A DNA stretch of 64,000 nt from a bacterium (GCA_963693055.1 OY843751.1:2848001-2912000); one strand, 5' to 3'. Shown: positions 28,106 to 37,418, counted from the stretch's first letter. The notes: a model not told the origin generated them from the letters alone. A program made the numbers and translations.

Positions 28106-28396
28106 TTACGCCGCAATTTTTGGGTCTATAACTGGCAGGGTAACACCCGCCTCTTGCAAGGTGTCTGCAAAAAACGATTCCAGACCCGTAATAACATCAC
28201 CCGTAATTTCGGGTAAATTTTCATCTGCTACAGCATCAGCACCAAAGGTTTTACAGGCTACATAACCCTGATAGCAACCTCTCAACTGATCTTTTGACAA
28301 ATTTTCACCTTTTACTAAAAGGTCTGCTACATGCTTGGCACCGGTTACCATTGCCGGGCCAATTGTGCTAAAGGCTTCTTTAATGCTTAAATCCAA
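28106..28396 (-). CDS. Hypothetical protein downstream of the lysis-like gene
   Basis: 96 aa ORF with GAGGCGG RBS. Confidence 0.6.
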   Translation of the reverse strand: MDLSIKEAFSTIGPAMVTGAKHVADLLVKGENLSKDQLRGCYQGYVACKTFGADAVADENLPEITGDVITGLESFFADTLQEAGVTLPVIDPKIAA

Positions 28397-28420
28397 TTTA
28401 CCGCCTCTTTCAATGAATAA

Positions 28421-29245
28421 TTAAAATGTTTTGGAAATCAACCAAGTGTAACCCCGGTTAATCCAGTTGATTAACTTTTGTAATATAGTATACAAAACAC
28501 CTGCCTTGCCATTTGTTGCGGGCTGGCTTTTATAGGCTTTATGTGCAACACCCCCTACTGTTAGGGGATAGGAAACAACTTCCAACGCTGTAGCGACCTC
28601 AACCTGACCCGCCGCTTTTAATACTTGCGAACCCAACAAACCAATAGTACCCAAAGCGGTTTTTTTACCGTCAAGCCAAGCCCAAGCCTTTATATAAAAG
28701 GGTATTTTTGGCCCTTTGTGGTCTGGTTCTGGGTACGGGTCTTTGAATAGAGTTGTGTATTTTTTGGCTATGTCTCTCCATTCATCCGTGTTGGTGTCTA
28801 CAACCTGTAAGGCTTTTGTTGTGTATGTTTTCCCTGTTTCATCCAGTACAGAAACAACAAAGGTTTCTTTTTTTACAATTGTTTTAATGAGATCAAAAGC
28901 CTTTTCAGATTCATAAAGCCGGGTTTGTGTATCTGAAAAATTAAACCCAACAAGTACACAGCCCGTTGTATCATTCACAAAATTACCTTTATGAATCTGT
29001 ATATTATCCCTGTCAATAACATTAAACAATACAAAGGATCCATTGCCGTTTTGAGTATTAGGATTAAACTTGCACTTGTACCCGGTCACATTTGCAGGTA
29101 TACAAGAAATATCCCTTTTGTTCATTTTCCACGGACGTTCTAACGTATGGCAAATAAAATCATTGCCATAATAAAGGCTTCCAAAAACCAAATTGGCAGA
29201 AACCTTTTTCCTAATTAATGTTAAAGTAATTTGATTATAACCCAT
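28421..29245 (-). CDS. DUF5675 putative lysin with holin-like C-terminus
   Basis: CHTLERPW, SCIP, IQIHKGN...TTGCVLVG; C-terminal WLDGKKT plus hydrophobic helices. Confidence 0.75.
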   Translation of the reverse strand: MGYNQITLTLIRKKVSANLVFGSLYYGNDFICHTLERPWKMNKRDISCIPANVTGYKCKFNPNTQNGNGSFVLFNVIDRDNIQIHKGNFVNDTTGCVLVGFNFSDTQTRLYESEKAFDLIKTIVKKETFVVSVLDETGKTYTTKALQVVDTNTDEWRDIAKKYTTLFKDPYPEPDHKGPKIPFYIKAWAWLDGKKTALGTIGLLGSQVLKAAGQVEVATALEVVSYPLTVGGVAHKAYKSQPATNGKAGVLYTILQKLINWINRGYTWLISKTF

Positions 29246-29275
29246 TGTTTACCCTTTTATTTATCCTATAAACGC

Positions 29276-29377
29276 AAAAAACCGGATGCACTACAACAAT
29301 CGTTGTAATGTCCCGGTTTGTGTTATAAAAGATACGGAATAAACCCGGAAAAGTCAACCTTTATTTATGTTTATTTT
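29276..29377 (-). promoter_or_regulatory. Sigma70 promoter plus proximal hairpin terminator, unit B
   Basis: TTGACT(29357-29352)-N17-TATCTT(29334-29329), then hairpin and U6. Confidence 0.75.
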
Positions 29378-29386
29378 AAATAAAGG

Positions 29387-29629
29387 TCAATCAATTATAG
29401 TGAAACAATCCTTGCATGCATACCAGAATATAAACCCCTTTGGGCTTAAATCAATCCTTTGATAAAATGAAAAAGCAGATTCCCCAGGTTCAATATTACA
29501 CTTGCACCCGGCGCACGTCCGGGGCTTTGTGGCTTTAACAATAACGCCCCTATATTCCAAATCTTGCAATTGATCTATAGGGGTATCATTATGTTTTAAT
29601 CTGTGATTGTTTGTAAATAAATAGCGCAA
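29387..29629 (-). CDS. Zinc-finger protein
   Basis: CAGC...CKDC. Confidence 0.55.
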   Translation of the reverse strand: MRYLFTNNHRLKHNDTPIDQLQDLEYRGVIVKATKPRTCAGCKCNIEPGESAFSFYQRIDLSPKGFIFWYACKDCFTIID

Positions 29630-29974
29630 TTATTCCCCGCCTGTTGTGGCCCGGCTTATCCTTATAGCCTCAATATTTCTATGGTTATCAACAGCATGCA
29701 ACCAATCAAGCATTTCTTTAATTGTGGTTTGCTCATTACAGATTTTTGTTGCCGGTCTTACCTCCCACGAATCCGGGCCGGTCTGCATAGTTACATTTAC
29801 TACAAGTACAAATTTTTCAGCACAAAACAAATCCCGTTTTATGAATTCATTCCAAGCATGTGACCGCTTGGGTTCATCCACCGGTTCAAGTCCGGTATCA
29901 TCTTTACCGGGTGCAAGGAATCCCGTTTCCCTGTAAAACCTATCTGCAAATTTTTCAAATTCATTATTATTCAT
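29630..29974 (-). CDS. Hypothetical protein
   Basis: ORF with FYRETGFLAPGKD phage motif. Confidence 0.6.
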   Translation of the reverse strand: MNNNEFEKFADRFYRETGFLAPGKDDTGLEPVDEPKRSHAWNEFIKRDLFCAEKFVLVVNVTMQTGPDSWEVRPATKICNEQTTIKEMLDWLHAVDNHRNIEAIRISRATTGGE

Positions 29975-29992
29975 ATTTTAACCCTCACGTTA

Positions 29993-30015
29993 AAGCCCCG
30001 GATAAACCGGGGCTT
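29993..30015. terminator. GC-rich hairpin, possible terminator
   Basis: aagccccgg-ataaa-ccggggctt. Confidence 0.55.
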
Positions 30016-30021
30016 ATTATT

Positions 30022-30408
30022 TTATTTTATTTGATCTTTAAAAGTCAAAGTGATTTCGGTTTGTGTTCGCTGTGAATTCATGTAAAACGGGAAATGATTA
30101 AAACGTATTATATAATATGGGTCGTCATTAAAATATGTCGCTATGGTTTCAACGTTATTAACATCAAAAAAATTATCTTTACCTACAAAAAACCTATGCG
30201 CTGTATAATCAATTAACTCAAATTTAAAATTCTTTTTACATTCAGGGAAAACTATATTAAAATTCCCATCAATTTCCTTACCTTGCTCCGCTGGGTGGGT
30301 TTTAACCGATACAAAAAGGCTTTTAAATTTTGGTTTGTTTTCATTTACAAATTTTTCTACAAATTCATGTATTTCAATAATTTTTTTAGCTTTTTCAATA
30401 GCATTCAT
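30022..30408 (-). CDS. Hypothetical protein
   Basis: ORF with GAGGG RBS. Confidence 0.6.
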   Translation of the reverse strand: MNAIEKAKKIIEIHEFVEKFVNENKPKFKSLFVSVKTHPAEQGKEIDGNFNIVFPECKKNFKFELIDYTAHRFFVGKDNFFDVNNVETIATYFNDDPYYIIRFNHFPFYMNSQRTQTEITLTFKDQIK

Positions 30409-30456
30409 TTTTCAACCCTCATTTCAAAAAGTTACCTAGGACAAGCCGGGGGTATA

Positions 30457-30651
30457 TTACGAATCTTTATAAATAGATTTTCTATAATTTATATTACCCT
30501 CAAATAATATTCTTAACGTGCTAAACTCTGTCATTTCATTAACTAATTGTTCTGGCAATGCCTCAATTAAATCTTTGAGACCATTTAAACCTTTTTCCAA
30601 TTGTTCGGTTGTTAATCCTTTTAAATGTCTATCTGTTTGCCCTAAAGTCAT
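30457..30651 (-). CDS. Hypothetical protein (start MTLGQ)
   Basis: GAGGG RBS upstream of the ATG at 30651. Confidence 0.5.
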   Translation of the reverse strand: MTLGQTDRHLKGLTTEQLEKGLNGLKDLIEALPEQLVNEMTEFSTLRILFEGNINYRKSIYKDS

Positions 30652-30728
30652 TTTTAAACCCTCATTTTTATATAAATACATGGCCCCGGCCCTGCGCCGG
30701 GGAGAGTATTTACAATAGTTTTTAATTG

Positions 30729-30971
30729 TCATTTTTTTTTGAAAAGAACAGAGCAACCATCTTGCCTTTTATAAACTGTACCGTCATCGCCGGTAGCTTC
30801 ATAACCCATACATCTATTTTGTCTACACCAATTATCTTTGTTTTCTTGACACAGGCTTCTTGCGTCGCAATCTCTACAAATGTTATAACCCTTATAAATT
30901 TTAGGCACGGCAATAAAATCCTTTGGGGCTTCTGTTTTATCAATTTTTCCATTTTTTTTCTGACCTATCAT
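30729..30971 (-). CDS. Cys-rich small protein
   Basis: CRDCD...LC...WC...RC; GAGGG RBS. Confidence 0.55.
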   Translation of the reverse strand: MIGQKKNGKIDKTEAPKDFIAVPKIYKGYNICRDCDARSLCQENKDNWCRQNRCMGYEATGDDGTVYKRQDGCSVLFKKK

Positions 30972-31019
30972 ATTTTCAACCCTCTTGTTTATTTGTTAAT
31001 CCCTTAATTATTACGGTAT

Positions 31020-31048
31020 AGTATACAACATTCAGAAATCAATGTCAA
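31020..31048 (-). promoter_or_regulatory. Near-consensus sigma70 promoter
   Basis: TTGACA-N17-TATACT, downstream of a hairpin at 31088-31114. Confidence 0.7.
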
Positions 31049-31168
31049 GCTTTATTTTACTTTTTTTCAAAAAAACATAAATAAAATGCCCCGCACACCG
31101 GGAATGGGCGGGGCCGAAATTGTGAATTAATTGTAAGTTTTACCCTCTCTTTTTAATTAACATACCAT

Positions 31169-31471
31169 TTAGTTTTTAGCTTTAAAATATTTGTAACGTC
31201 CGGTAACATAACCCAAAGGGGCCGGCACCAACAAGCCGCCCAAATTACCAAACATAAAAAACCCTGTATGTGTACCTTTGGCAACTTCAAGGCCGATAAC
31301 ATAACCACCCAATAGCATCAAAACCATTCCACCCCCCAAAGTAAACCACTGTTGCAAGTGATACATCCAAGTAGACCGTGAAACATTATCAACCTGCATT
31401 TTTTCATATTTTGCAAATTCAATTCCTGCAAGAAATAAAGCAACAACTAGAAACAAATAAATATTAAACAT
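31169..31471 (-). CDS. Small membrane protein (about 3 TM)
   Basis: Hydrophobic segments; AGGAG RBS. Confidence 0.6.
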   Translation of the reverse strand: MFNIYLFLVVALFLAGIEFAKYEKMQVDNVSRSTWMYHLQQWFTLGGGMVLMLLGGYVIGLEVAKGTHTGFFMFGNLGGLLVPAPLGYVTGRYKYFKAKN

Positions 31472-31501
31472 TTTTTTAACTCCTTTAATAGTTTTATTAA
31501 A

Positions 31502-32008
31502 TCAAAAAGCATTTAATACAAAATGTAATTGTATCAATTTTACATCATTATCAATTTCAGGCAAAATCTTATCTTGCTCGAAATCAAAAACAACAACAAC
31601 AGATTCAACATCATACAAAGCAATAAACGTTTTCTCTAACTCGTTTCTTTTTTTATTCCATTCATCCAAAGGCAGGGCCAAGCCCACCCCTGACAAAGTT
31701 AAAGAAATTGGGTATATACCTTTTTCCATATTTCCGGGGGAGAATACAAAGATTTCAGCAACCATTATTTCATTGGATTCTTGCAATGGTGCAGATTCAA
31801 GAATTAAATTACTATATACTTGTTCCCCGAAAATCTTTGAAAATGTTTTATCAAAATCAACCTTAATTGTTTCCCAGTCACTTAATGATAAACACAAAGG
31901 TAAATCGTTTGATGTTAAAGTCATTTCAAAACATTCAATGTGATAATTATTGCAATTCGGGCATTTCTTATATACCTTGATCTTATCTGTTGTGTACATC
32001 TTTTCCAT
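31502..32008 (-). CDS. Hypothetical protein
   Basis: 168 aa ORF. Confidence 0.55.
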   Translation of the reverse strand: MEKMYTTDKIKVYKKCPNCNNYHIECFEMTLTSNDLPLCLSLSDWETIKVDFDKTFSKIFGEQVYSNLILESAPLQESNEIMVAEIFVFSPGNMEKGIYPISLTLSGVGLALPLDEWNKKRNELEKTFIALYDVESVVVVFDFEQDKILPEIDNDVKLIQLHFVLNAF

Positions 32009-32011
32009 TGT

Positions 32012-32209
32012 TTAACCCTCAAATTTATCTATTATCTTTTGTGTTTCGGCCTCAAAAATAACTAATACTCTTTCCGCATCTACTCGGTTAGATTGCCCGG
32101 CGTTAAACCGGGCTGTTGTAACCTTTGCCTTGAGTGCTTGAACCTCTAAAAGCAATTTTTTATAATTGTCCTCTGCGTCAACCTGGGCGAATAAGTCATT
32201 TTCTCCCAT
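32012..32209 (-). CDS. Hypothetical protein
   Basis: In-operon ORF. Confidence 0.5.
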   Translation of the reverse strand: MGENDLFAQVDAEDNYKKLLLEVQALKAKVTTARFNAGQSNRVDAERVLVIFEAETQKIIDKFEG

Positions 32210-32211
32210 AG

Positions 32212-32841
32212 CTACGCCTTGCCATTACTGGGATGTTTACCGTTTCCGTTTGCGCTACCATTTACCGGGATGTATACATTATTATTTCCGGCCTGTACAA
32301 TTTTCCAGTATTCAGATAATATTTTAATAAAAGGAATAGCAGTTAATGACAAAGGCAAACCCAAAGCCCACGCTAACCCACGATTAAACGCAATTCCGGG
32401 GGCCGCCCCGAATAGCTTTGCCGCATTTGTGGCAATTTCTGAATTGATTAAAATATAAGTAAATGCTGAATATACATTCCCTACAACCTGCAAGGAAACC
32501 AAAACCGCAATAATACCCCAAATAAAATAAACCGCTAATTTTGGCAATCGATTCAACTCAATCAAGGCCGCAAGTGATACAATAGAAAAATACTCAAACG
32601 CACCGGCTAAAACACCTGCAAGTATTGGATTATTACCAATACTAAACCATGAAAACAAGTGTATTGCTGAAATGATGGAAATAGACATAGGGGCAAAAAG
32701 TAACATACCAATAACTATATATTGAAATGTTCTTTGCTTTCCTTGCTTTACTTTGCGTCGTTGGTATTTCTCCCGGTTTTTTATTTTCTCCCGGTCTTTT
32801 CTCTCTTGCGCTTTTCTGGTTGCATCACTAACACTATTCAT
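32212..32841 (-). CDS. Multi-pass membrane protein (about 4 TM)
   Basis: Basic N-terminus followed by four hydrophobic helices. Confidence 0.65.
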   Translation of the reverse strand: MNSVSDATRKAQERKDREKIKNREKYQRRKVKQGKQRTFQYIVIGMLLFAPMSISIISAIHLFSWFSIGNNPILAGVLAGAFEYFSIVSLAALIELNRLPKLAVYFIWGIIAVLVSLQVVGNVYSAFTYILINSEIATNAAKLFGAAPGIAFNRGLAWALGLPLSLTAIPFIKILSEYWKIVQAGNNNVYIPVNGSANGNGKHPSNGKA

Positions 32842-33152
32842 TTTTTAAACTCTCCTATCTTGTTCTTTATTGTTATTTTGAATTTTTCAATTAAGCCCGG
32901 TTTAACCGGGGGTTGTATTTTTTCTGGAATTACAAAACCGCTTTTCTGGAAATACTTTAATAAATTGCAAAACTCTATCTCTCTTTGCTCATATTCTTTT
33001 TTGGATTCAATCAAGAATTCATGCGCCCAAATCATTTCAAGAAATTTTGAATATCTTTCTTGAGTTTTTGGGCCTCGCTTTTGTCCACCGGCCCGAACAT
33101 ATATCCAATGATGAACGCGATTTAATAACTGTTTTCTTTTTGTGGCTTCCAT
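32838..33152 (-). CDS. Hypothetical protein
   Basis: In-operon ORF. Confidence 0.55.
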   Translation of the reverse strand: MEATKRKQLLNRVHHWIYVRAGGQKRGPKTQERYSKFLEMIWAHEFLIESKKEYEQREIEFCNLLKYFQKSGFVIPEKIQPPVKPGLIEKFKITIKNKIGEFKK

Positions 33153-33159
33153 TTATCAC

Positions 33160-33393
33160 CTAAAAAATCCCTTTAATCAAGTGCTTAGGAAACATCACTT
33201 TTATTTGTCGTTCAACAATATTCATATCACCCTTGTATTTTCTTTTCAACTTTGTAACCTGTGATTCTAATAATGGGCATTTCTTTAATTTTTCAATTAC
33301 ATTTTCTCCGGTCGAAATACCGCAAAAATTACCATTACTTGTATTTGTTGCGAATTGGCAAACATCTTTTTTCAAAGAACAACGTCCATTCAT
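33160..33393 (-). CDS. Cys-containing small protein
   Basis: Translationally coupled ORF. Confidence 0.5.
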   Translation of the reverse strand: MNGRCSLKKDVCQFATNTSNGNFCGISTGENVIEKLKKCPLLESQVTKLKRKYKGDMNIVERQIKVMFPKHLIKGIF

Positions 33394-34001
33394 TCAAACA
33401 AACCTACAAACTTTTTTAAAATTGAATCCTGCGGCCTGATCTCATTAATATATTTAAATCCTACAGGTGTGGCATATTTACTATATGTTTTACAGCTAAA
33501 ACCTACTTTAACCCTGATTTGATATTCCCCTGATTCCGGGAATTTCATGATCTGTGGAAATGTAGCTACGGAATCTAAATATACAACCCGTTCACCTGGC
33601 ACCCATGAGGGCCACCCGGAATTAACCCCGGCACTGTCAGGGCGTAAAAGTTCAAGATCTTTTATATTTACCTGACTATCTAAAGGCACCTCATAATATA
33701 AATTATTAACTACAACCTCTATTCTGTCATCCCGGTAAAACGTTTTTGCTGTACTATCAAGCGTACCGGGTTTTAATTGCTTATAAAAAACCATATAACC
33801 ATCTATTTTTTCTGGGTCATATTTTTTATAAAGAGAGTCATAAGGAACCGGGGCCGGGTCTTGACCTTGCGCCGGGGTTCCCTGATCTGGGTTTGTTTGA
33901 TGGTCACAAAAAACAAAAAATAATGATAACGTCATCAACAAACCATTAACACCAACAATTGACAAACAAAAGTAAACCAAAAACGAAATAATTTTTTTCA
34001 T
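33390..34001 (-). CDS. Exported or membrane-anchored protein, possible lipoprotein
   Basis: Long hydrophobic N-terminus ending FVFC, Pro/Gln linker, beta-rich domain. Confidence 0.6.
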   Translation of the reverse strand: MKKIISFLVYFCLSIVGVNGLLMTLSLFFVFCDHQTNPDQGTPAQGQDPAPVPYDSLYKKYDPEKIDGYMVFYKQLKPGTLDSTAKTFYRDDRIEVVVNNLYYEVPLDSQVNIKDLELLRPDSAGVNSGWPSWVPGERVVYLDSVATFPQIMKFPESGEYQIRVKVGFSCKTYSKYATPVGFKYINEIRPQDSILKKFVGLFE

Positions 34002-34012
34002 GTCGCACCTTT

Positions 34013-34627
34013 CTAATTAGTTAAATATAGCCCGTTTTCTACCATAGATTCCGGGGGTGTTACATCTGTACTTGTTAAAGTTTTAGCAAGATTTCCTATT
34101 AAAATAGATTGCTCTAAACTCATGGATTCACAATTATCTGAAATATTTTCAGGCATTGGAGTAATTCCATGCTTTTCAACCATTGCGTAAACAAGATTAC
34201 TTGAATTTGTTTTATATTCTTGCTCAATTAATCGTTTAGCCTTTTTGTATGTAGATTCTATTTTATCAAATTCTTTTACATATTCATCCCTGTAATGATT
34301 ATAATACAGGGTAAGGAATAACCCTTGCTTTCTTGTTAATTCACCACATGCGTAATCATTTTTCCACCACAAACCAGATTCTTTTAAGTCCAATAAATGA
34401 CCTGCAATGTGAACAAATAACTTGAAAATATTTCCTTTTCTATCACCTACTTTAAACCGATATAAAAAAACATCCTCTTTAATCAGGTCATCAATTGTTA
34501 ACCCGTGTTTTTCTAAAAGTAACTCTAGTTTTTGCTTTGCAACTTTTTTTTCGTTTTCCGTACCACGTTCGGACATTACTTTAATGTTTCGTAACATATC
34601 CTTTACATCTTGCATGCTTTTAGACAT
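34013..34627 (-). CDS. DUF2786-like protein
   Basis: GTENEKKVAKQKLELLLEKHGL helical hairpin motif. Confidence 0.6.
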   Translation of the reverse strand: MSKSMQDVKDMLRNIKVMSERGTENEKKVAKQKLELLLEKHGLTIDDLIKEDVFLYRFKVGDRKGNIFKLFVHIAGHLLDLKESGLWWKNDYACGELTRKQGLFLTLYYNHYRDEYVKEFDKIESTYKKAKRLIEQEYKTNSSNLVYAMVEKHGITPMPENISDNCESMSLEQSILIGNLAKTLTSTDVTPPESMVENGLYLTN

Positions 34628-34644
34628 CCCTCAAACCCTCATTA

Positions 34645-35079
34645 TTAAAATGGTGTTTTATCGCTCAATTTGTTTTGTAAATCTCGAATGATAAAATCTT
34701 TTTCAGCAATTAAAGTTTCCAGTTTTAAAATTTTTGTCTCAAGTTGTACATTCTTTGTTACCTGCACCCGGTACCCATTCACACAGTTAATGATTTCTTG
34801 ACCGTTCAAAAATGAATTTATTGGCTTTCCAAATTCATCAAGATTAATACATTCAGCAATCAACCTCCCGTTTGCATCTGTTATAATGTTTGCTGAAAAC
34901 GTCCACGGTAACGGGGATATTTTAGCAGGTATTTTAACCGGCTTTTTGGGTTCTTGATCTTGCAACAATTCAGTAATTGCCAGATATGTTTCAGGGGTCA
35001 ATTTAATAAACTTGTCCCCGCTGTGTTCATCCTGACCGGTTACTGCATTATTTAATATTTTTAAAACCGTTTCACTCAT
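34645..35079 (-). CDS. Hypothetical protein
   Basis: SPLPW...IAEC...CVN phage motif. Confidence 0.55.
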   Translation of the reverse strand: MSETVLKILNNAVTGQDEHSGDKFIKLTPETYLAITELLQDQEPKKPVKIPAKISPLPWTFSANIITDANGRLIAECINLDEFGKPINSFLNGQEIINCVNGYRVQVTKNVQLETKILKLETLIAEKDFIIRDLQNKLSDKTPF

Positions 35080-35082
35080 ATT

Positions 35083-35274
35083 TCAATCCACTTTTTCTAA
35101 TTCGTTAAATTCATCATTGTACGGAACAAAGACACCATGACCGGGGTAATAATCTTGTTTAATTCTATCCCACTGCCTGTAAATCCATCCACCTGGAACA
35201 CGCTTCCATTGACCGGTACTGTCATTTTTTCCACCAACTTCAAATAACTCAAGATCATAAATTGATTTGTTCAT
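35083..35274 (-). CDS. RVPGGWIY-domain small protein
   Basis: Paralog of the N-half of 25243..25620. Confidence 0.6.
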   Translation of the reverse strand: MNKSIYDLELFEVGGKNDSTGQWKRVPGGWIYRQWDRIKQDYYPGHGVFVPYNDEFNELEKVD

Positions 35275-35828
35275 TACGCCGCCTGTGCCTTTTGTTCAAG
35301 TTCCGCTTTATAATCGGCCCATAATGTATAAATTGTTAAATCTCGATTACGGGGCCATTCTCTTTTAGTTTGTGATAAATACTGCAAAGCCTGAAATGTT
35401 TCCGACCCTAGCCCGGCCTGTGCTTTTTGAAAAATCTTGCTACCCATCAGGGCCGCATCATTCACATGTTCGGAACCGAATTCCCGCCCAAATTCATCAC
35501 AGCACATTATTTTTTTAAAGGCAGGTTTCCACCCTTGATTGTTCCATTGCCTCGGATGTACCATAATATGATTCGGGAAAATCTCCTGAATTAATCCTAC
35601 TTGCTTTTGTACTTTAAAAGCGTTTTTCCTATAAACACCCCGAAAATTTTCATATCTTTCAATGAAAGCAAAATCAATATTATGATGGGCTTTCATTTTC
35701 TCAAGGCGATCTACATAAGGATAAAAACCCTCATAAACGATTGTACTACCTGTAATGATTTTACCGTATTGGTCAAAGATAGCCGCACCCGTTAATTTAC
35801 CGGGGTCAAAAGATGCAAGATTAATCAT
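35274..35828 (-). CDS. RuvC-like Holliday junction resolvase
   Basis: FDPGKLTGAA, FIER, HVNDA. Confidence 0.7.
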   Translation of the reverse strand: MINLASFDPGKLTGAAIFDQYGKIITGSTIVYEGFYPYVDRLEKMKAHHNIDFAFIERYENFRGVYRKNAFKVQKQVGLIQEIFPNHIMVHPRQWNNQGWKPAFKKIMCCDEFGREFGSEHVNDAALMGSKIFQKAQAGLGSETFQALQYLSQTKREWPRNRDLTIYTLWADYKAELEQKAQAA

Positions 35829-36429
35829 TTTTAAATTCTCCCTTTAATTGCTTAACCTTTTTATCTGGTAATACAGATTCAAGTTGTTTCTGGAAATCTA
35901 CAGGTAAATTTTTTGTAGCGTCAAACACAGCCCCACCAATTTGTTTAAATGGCAACCGTCCGGTTTTATCTACAAACTTTTCAACTTCTGTTAACCCCTT
36001 ATGTGAATTAACAAACTCTTTATAAACCACACCCGCCGGGGCTTCAATTATTTTCTTGTACCACTCAACAACAAGGGGGAAAATATACCCCTCGTTCTCT
36101 TTTTCCATTTGCGTTTTTAGCTTACTGGATTGTTTCCCAATTTCAGGGGAATTATAACGTTTTATCCAGTCATTAACACGAACCCATAAAAAAGCCGCTT
36201 CGGTTTCCTTGTCTATTTCCGGGCCTAGCAATTCCTTTATAGATGGGAAAAAGCCAGTATTCTCTTGGAAAAATATTTCAGCATTTTTTCTTATTTGCTC
36301 AATATTCAATTTTCTCAAAGCCTCAAAATAAAAGTCAATAAATTGGGCTGTTAATTTTCTCTTGTTTGCACTGACCTCATTAATTGAAATCATTAAAGCC
36401 GCAAAATCGGGGCGGTCTTGCTCTGTCAT
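35821..36429 (-). CDS. Putative helicase loader/inhibitor
   Basis: Follows the initiator; FFPSIKEL motif. Confidence 0.55.
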   Translation of the reverse strand: MTEQDRPDFAALMISINEVSANKRKLTAQFIDFYFEALRKLNIEQIRKNAEIFFQENTGFFPSIKELLGPEIDKETEAAFLWVRVNDWIKRYNSPEIGKQSSKLKTQMEKENEGYIFPLVVEWYKKIIEAPAGVVYKEFVNSHKGLTEVEKFVDKTGRLPFKQIGGAVFDATKNLPVDFQKQLESVLPDKKVKQLKGEFKND

Positions 36430-37400
36430 TATCTCCGGTTCTCCATGTATTCCGCTACCTGCCTTTCAATATCCCCCGATATATCCCTGATTTCCCCGGA
36501 ATCGTTCGCTTTTTTACCCTTGCCCGGATTTGATGCCATAAAACCGGTTATAAGGTCAACCGTTTTTTCAATGCGTTCTTGGTTATACAGATAATCATAT
36601 TTTCTTATAAACCCTGAATAATATTGATCTTGCATAAAATTTTTAGCGGCCTGAATAACACCGGCCCGTCTTATTTTTACATTTCCGGACAGGTTGCGCA
36701 ACCGTAAAAACCTTGATCTAGTGAACTGCAAATCATTTTCCCCCAAAATTTCAATGATTTCTTTGAAAACTTGGTATTCAGGGGTAATAATATATTCATC
36801 ATTTGGTTTTTCCGGTTGGTTTGCTTCGCCTTGTGGCCCATCCGGGGGTGGGGGCGTTTCTCCCCCCTCTGTATCTGTATCTGTATCTGTATCTGTATTT
36901 GTATCTGTATCTGTATCTGTATTTGTATCTGTATGGTTGAACGCCTGTTGAACGTCTGCTGAACGTACGTTAACCGCTTGTTCTTGTTCTGCTGGTTTAT
37001 CGTTCAGCGTCTGTTCTTTGTCTGTTTGGCTTTTGTTTAGTGTTAATTTCTTCCCTTTGGCCTGATCTTTAATTCTACGCTTTGCGGATTCTTTTCCTGC
37101 ATTTGACGCTTTTACTGATTTTTCACGTACTTTTTCAAGTTCGCTTTCAATTCGATAGTTATACAAAAGCCCGTCTTGTTCCTCAAAAAACTCTAAAATG
37201 GTAGGCTTTATCTGTTGCCATTGTTCCGGGGTAACCTTTGCTATCATTGCAAGACGCTTATCATTGTTCGGAATTGCTTTTCCTCTCTGGTAATAGTTAA
37301 CCATTAACAATAAATATGCACCGCTTTCCAAACCGTCAAGGTGTGCCGTATCTGCTAAAAAATCCGCCATGTATAATTGCATGTATGGAATAGATGCCAT
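36429..37400 (-). CDS. Replication initiator, DUF1376/YdaU-like
   Basis: PYMQLYMADFLADTAHL...GAYLLL; internal repeats. Confidence 0.85.
   Translation of the reverse strand: MASIPYMQLYMADFLADTAHLDGLESGAYLLLMVNYYQRGKAIPNNDKRLAMIAKVTPEQWQQIKPTILEFFEEQDGLLYNYRIESELEKVREKSVKASNAGKESAKRRIKDQAKGKKLTLNKSQTDKEQTLNDKPAEQEQAVNVRSADVQQAFNHTDTNTDTDTDTNTDTDTDTDTEGGETPPPPDGPQGEANQPEKPNDEYIITPEYQVFKEIIEILGENDLQFTRSRFLRLRNLSGNVKIRRAGVIQAAKNFMQDQYYSGFIRKYDYLYNQERIEKTVDLITGFMASNPGKGKKANDSGEIRDISGDIERQVAEYMENRR
36868..36977. repeat. GTATCT/GTATTT hexamer array (about 11 copies) plus G(T/C)TGAACG repeats; probable phage origin
   Basis: Repeats lie inside the initiator gene, as for lambda O iterons. Confidence 0.65.
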
Positions 37401-37418
37401 TTAAAAAACCGTCCTGCT

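Noticed and set aside
36868-36934. CRISPR array or poly-CI ORF (36771..36962)
   Set aside because: Spacerless hexamer repeat encoding the DT linker of the initiator; the plus-strand ORF is its shadow
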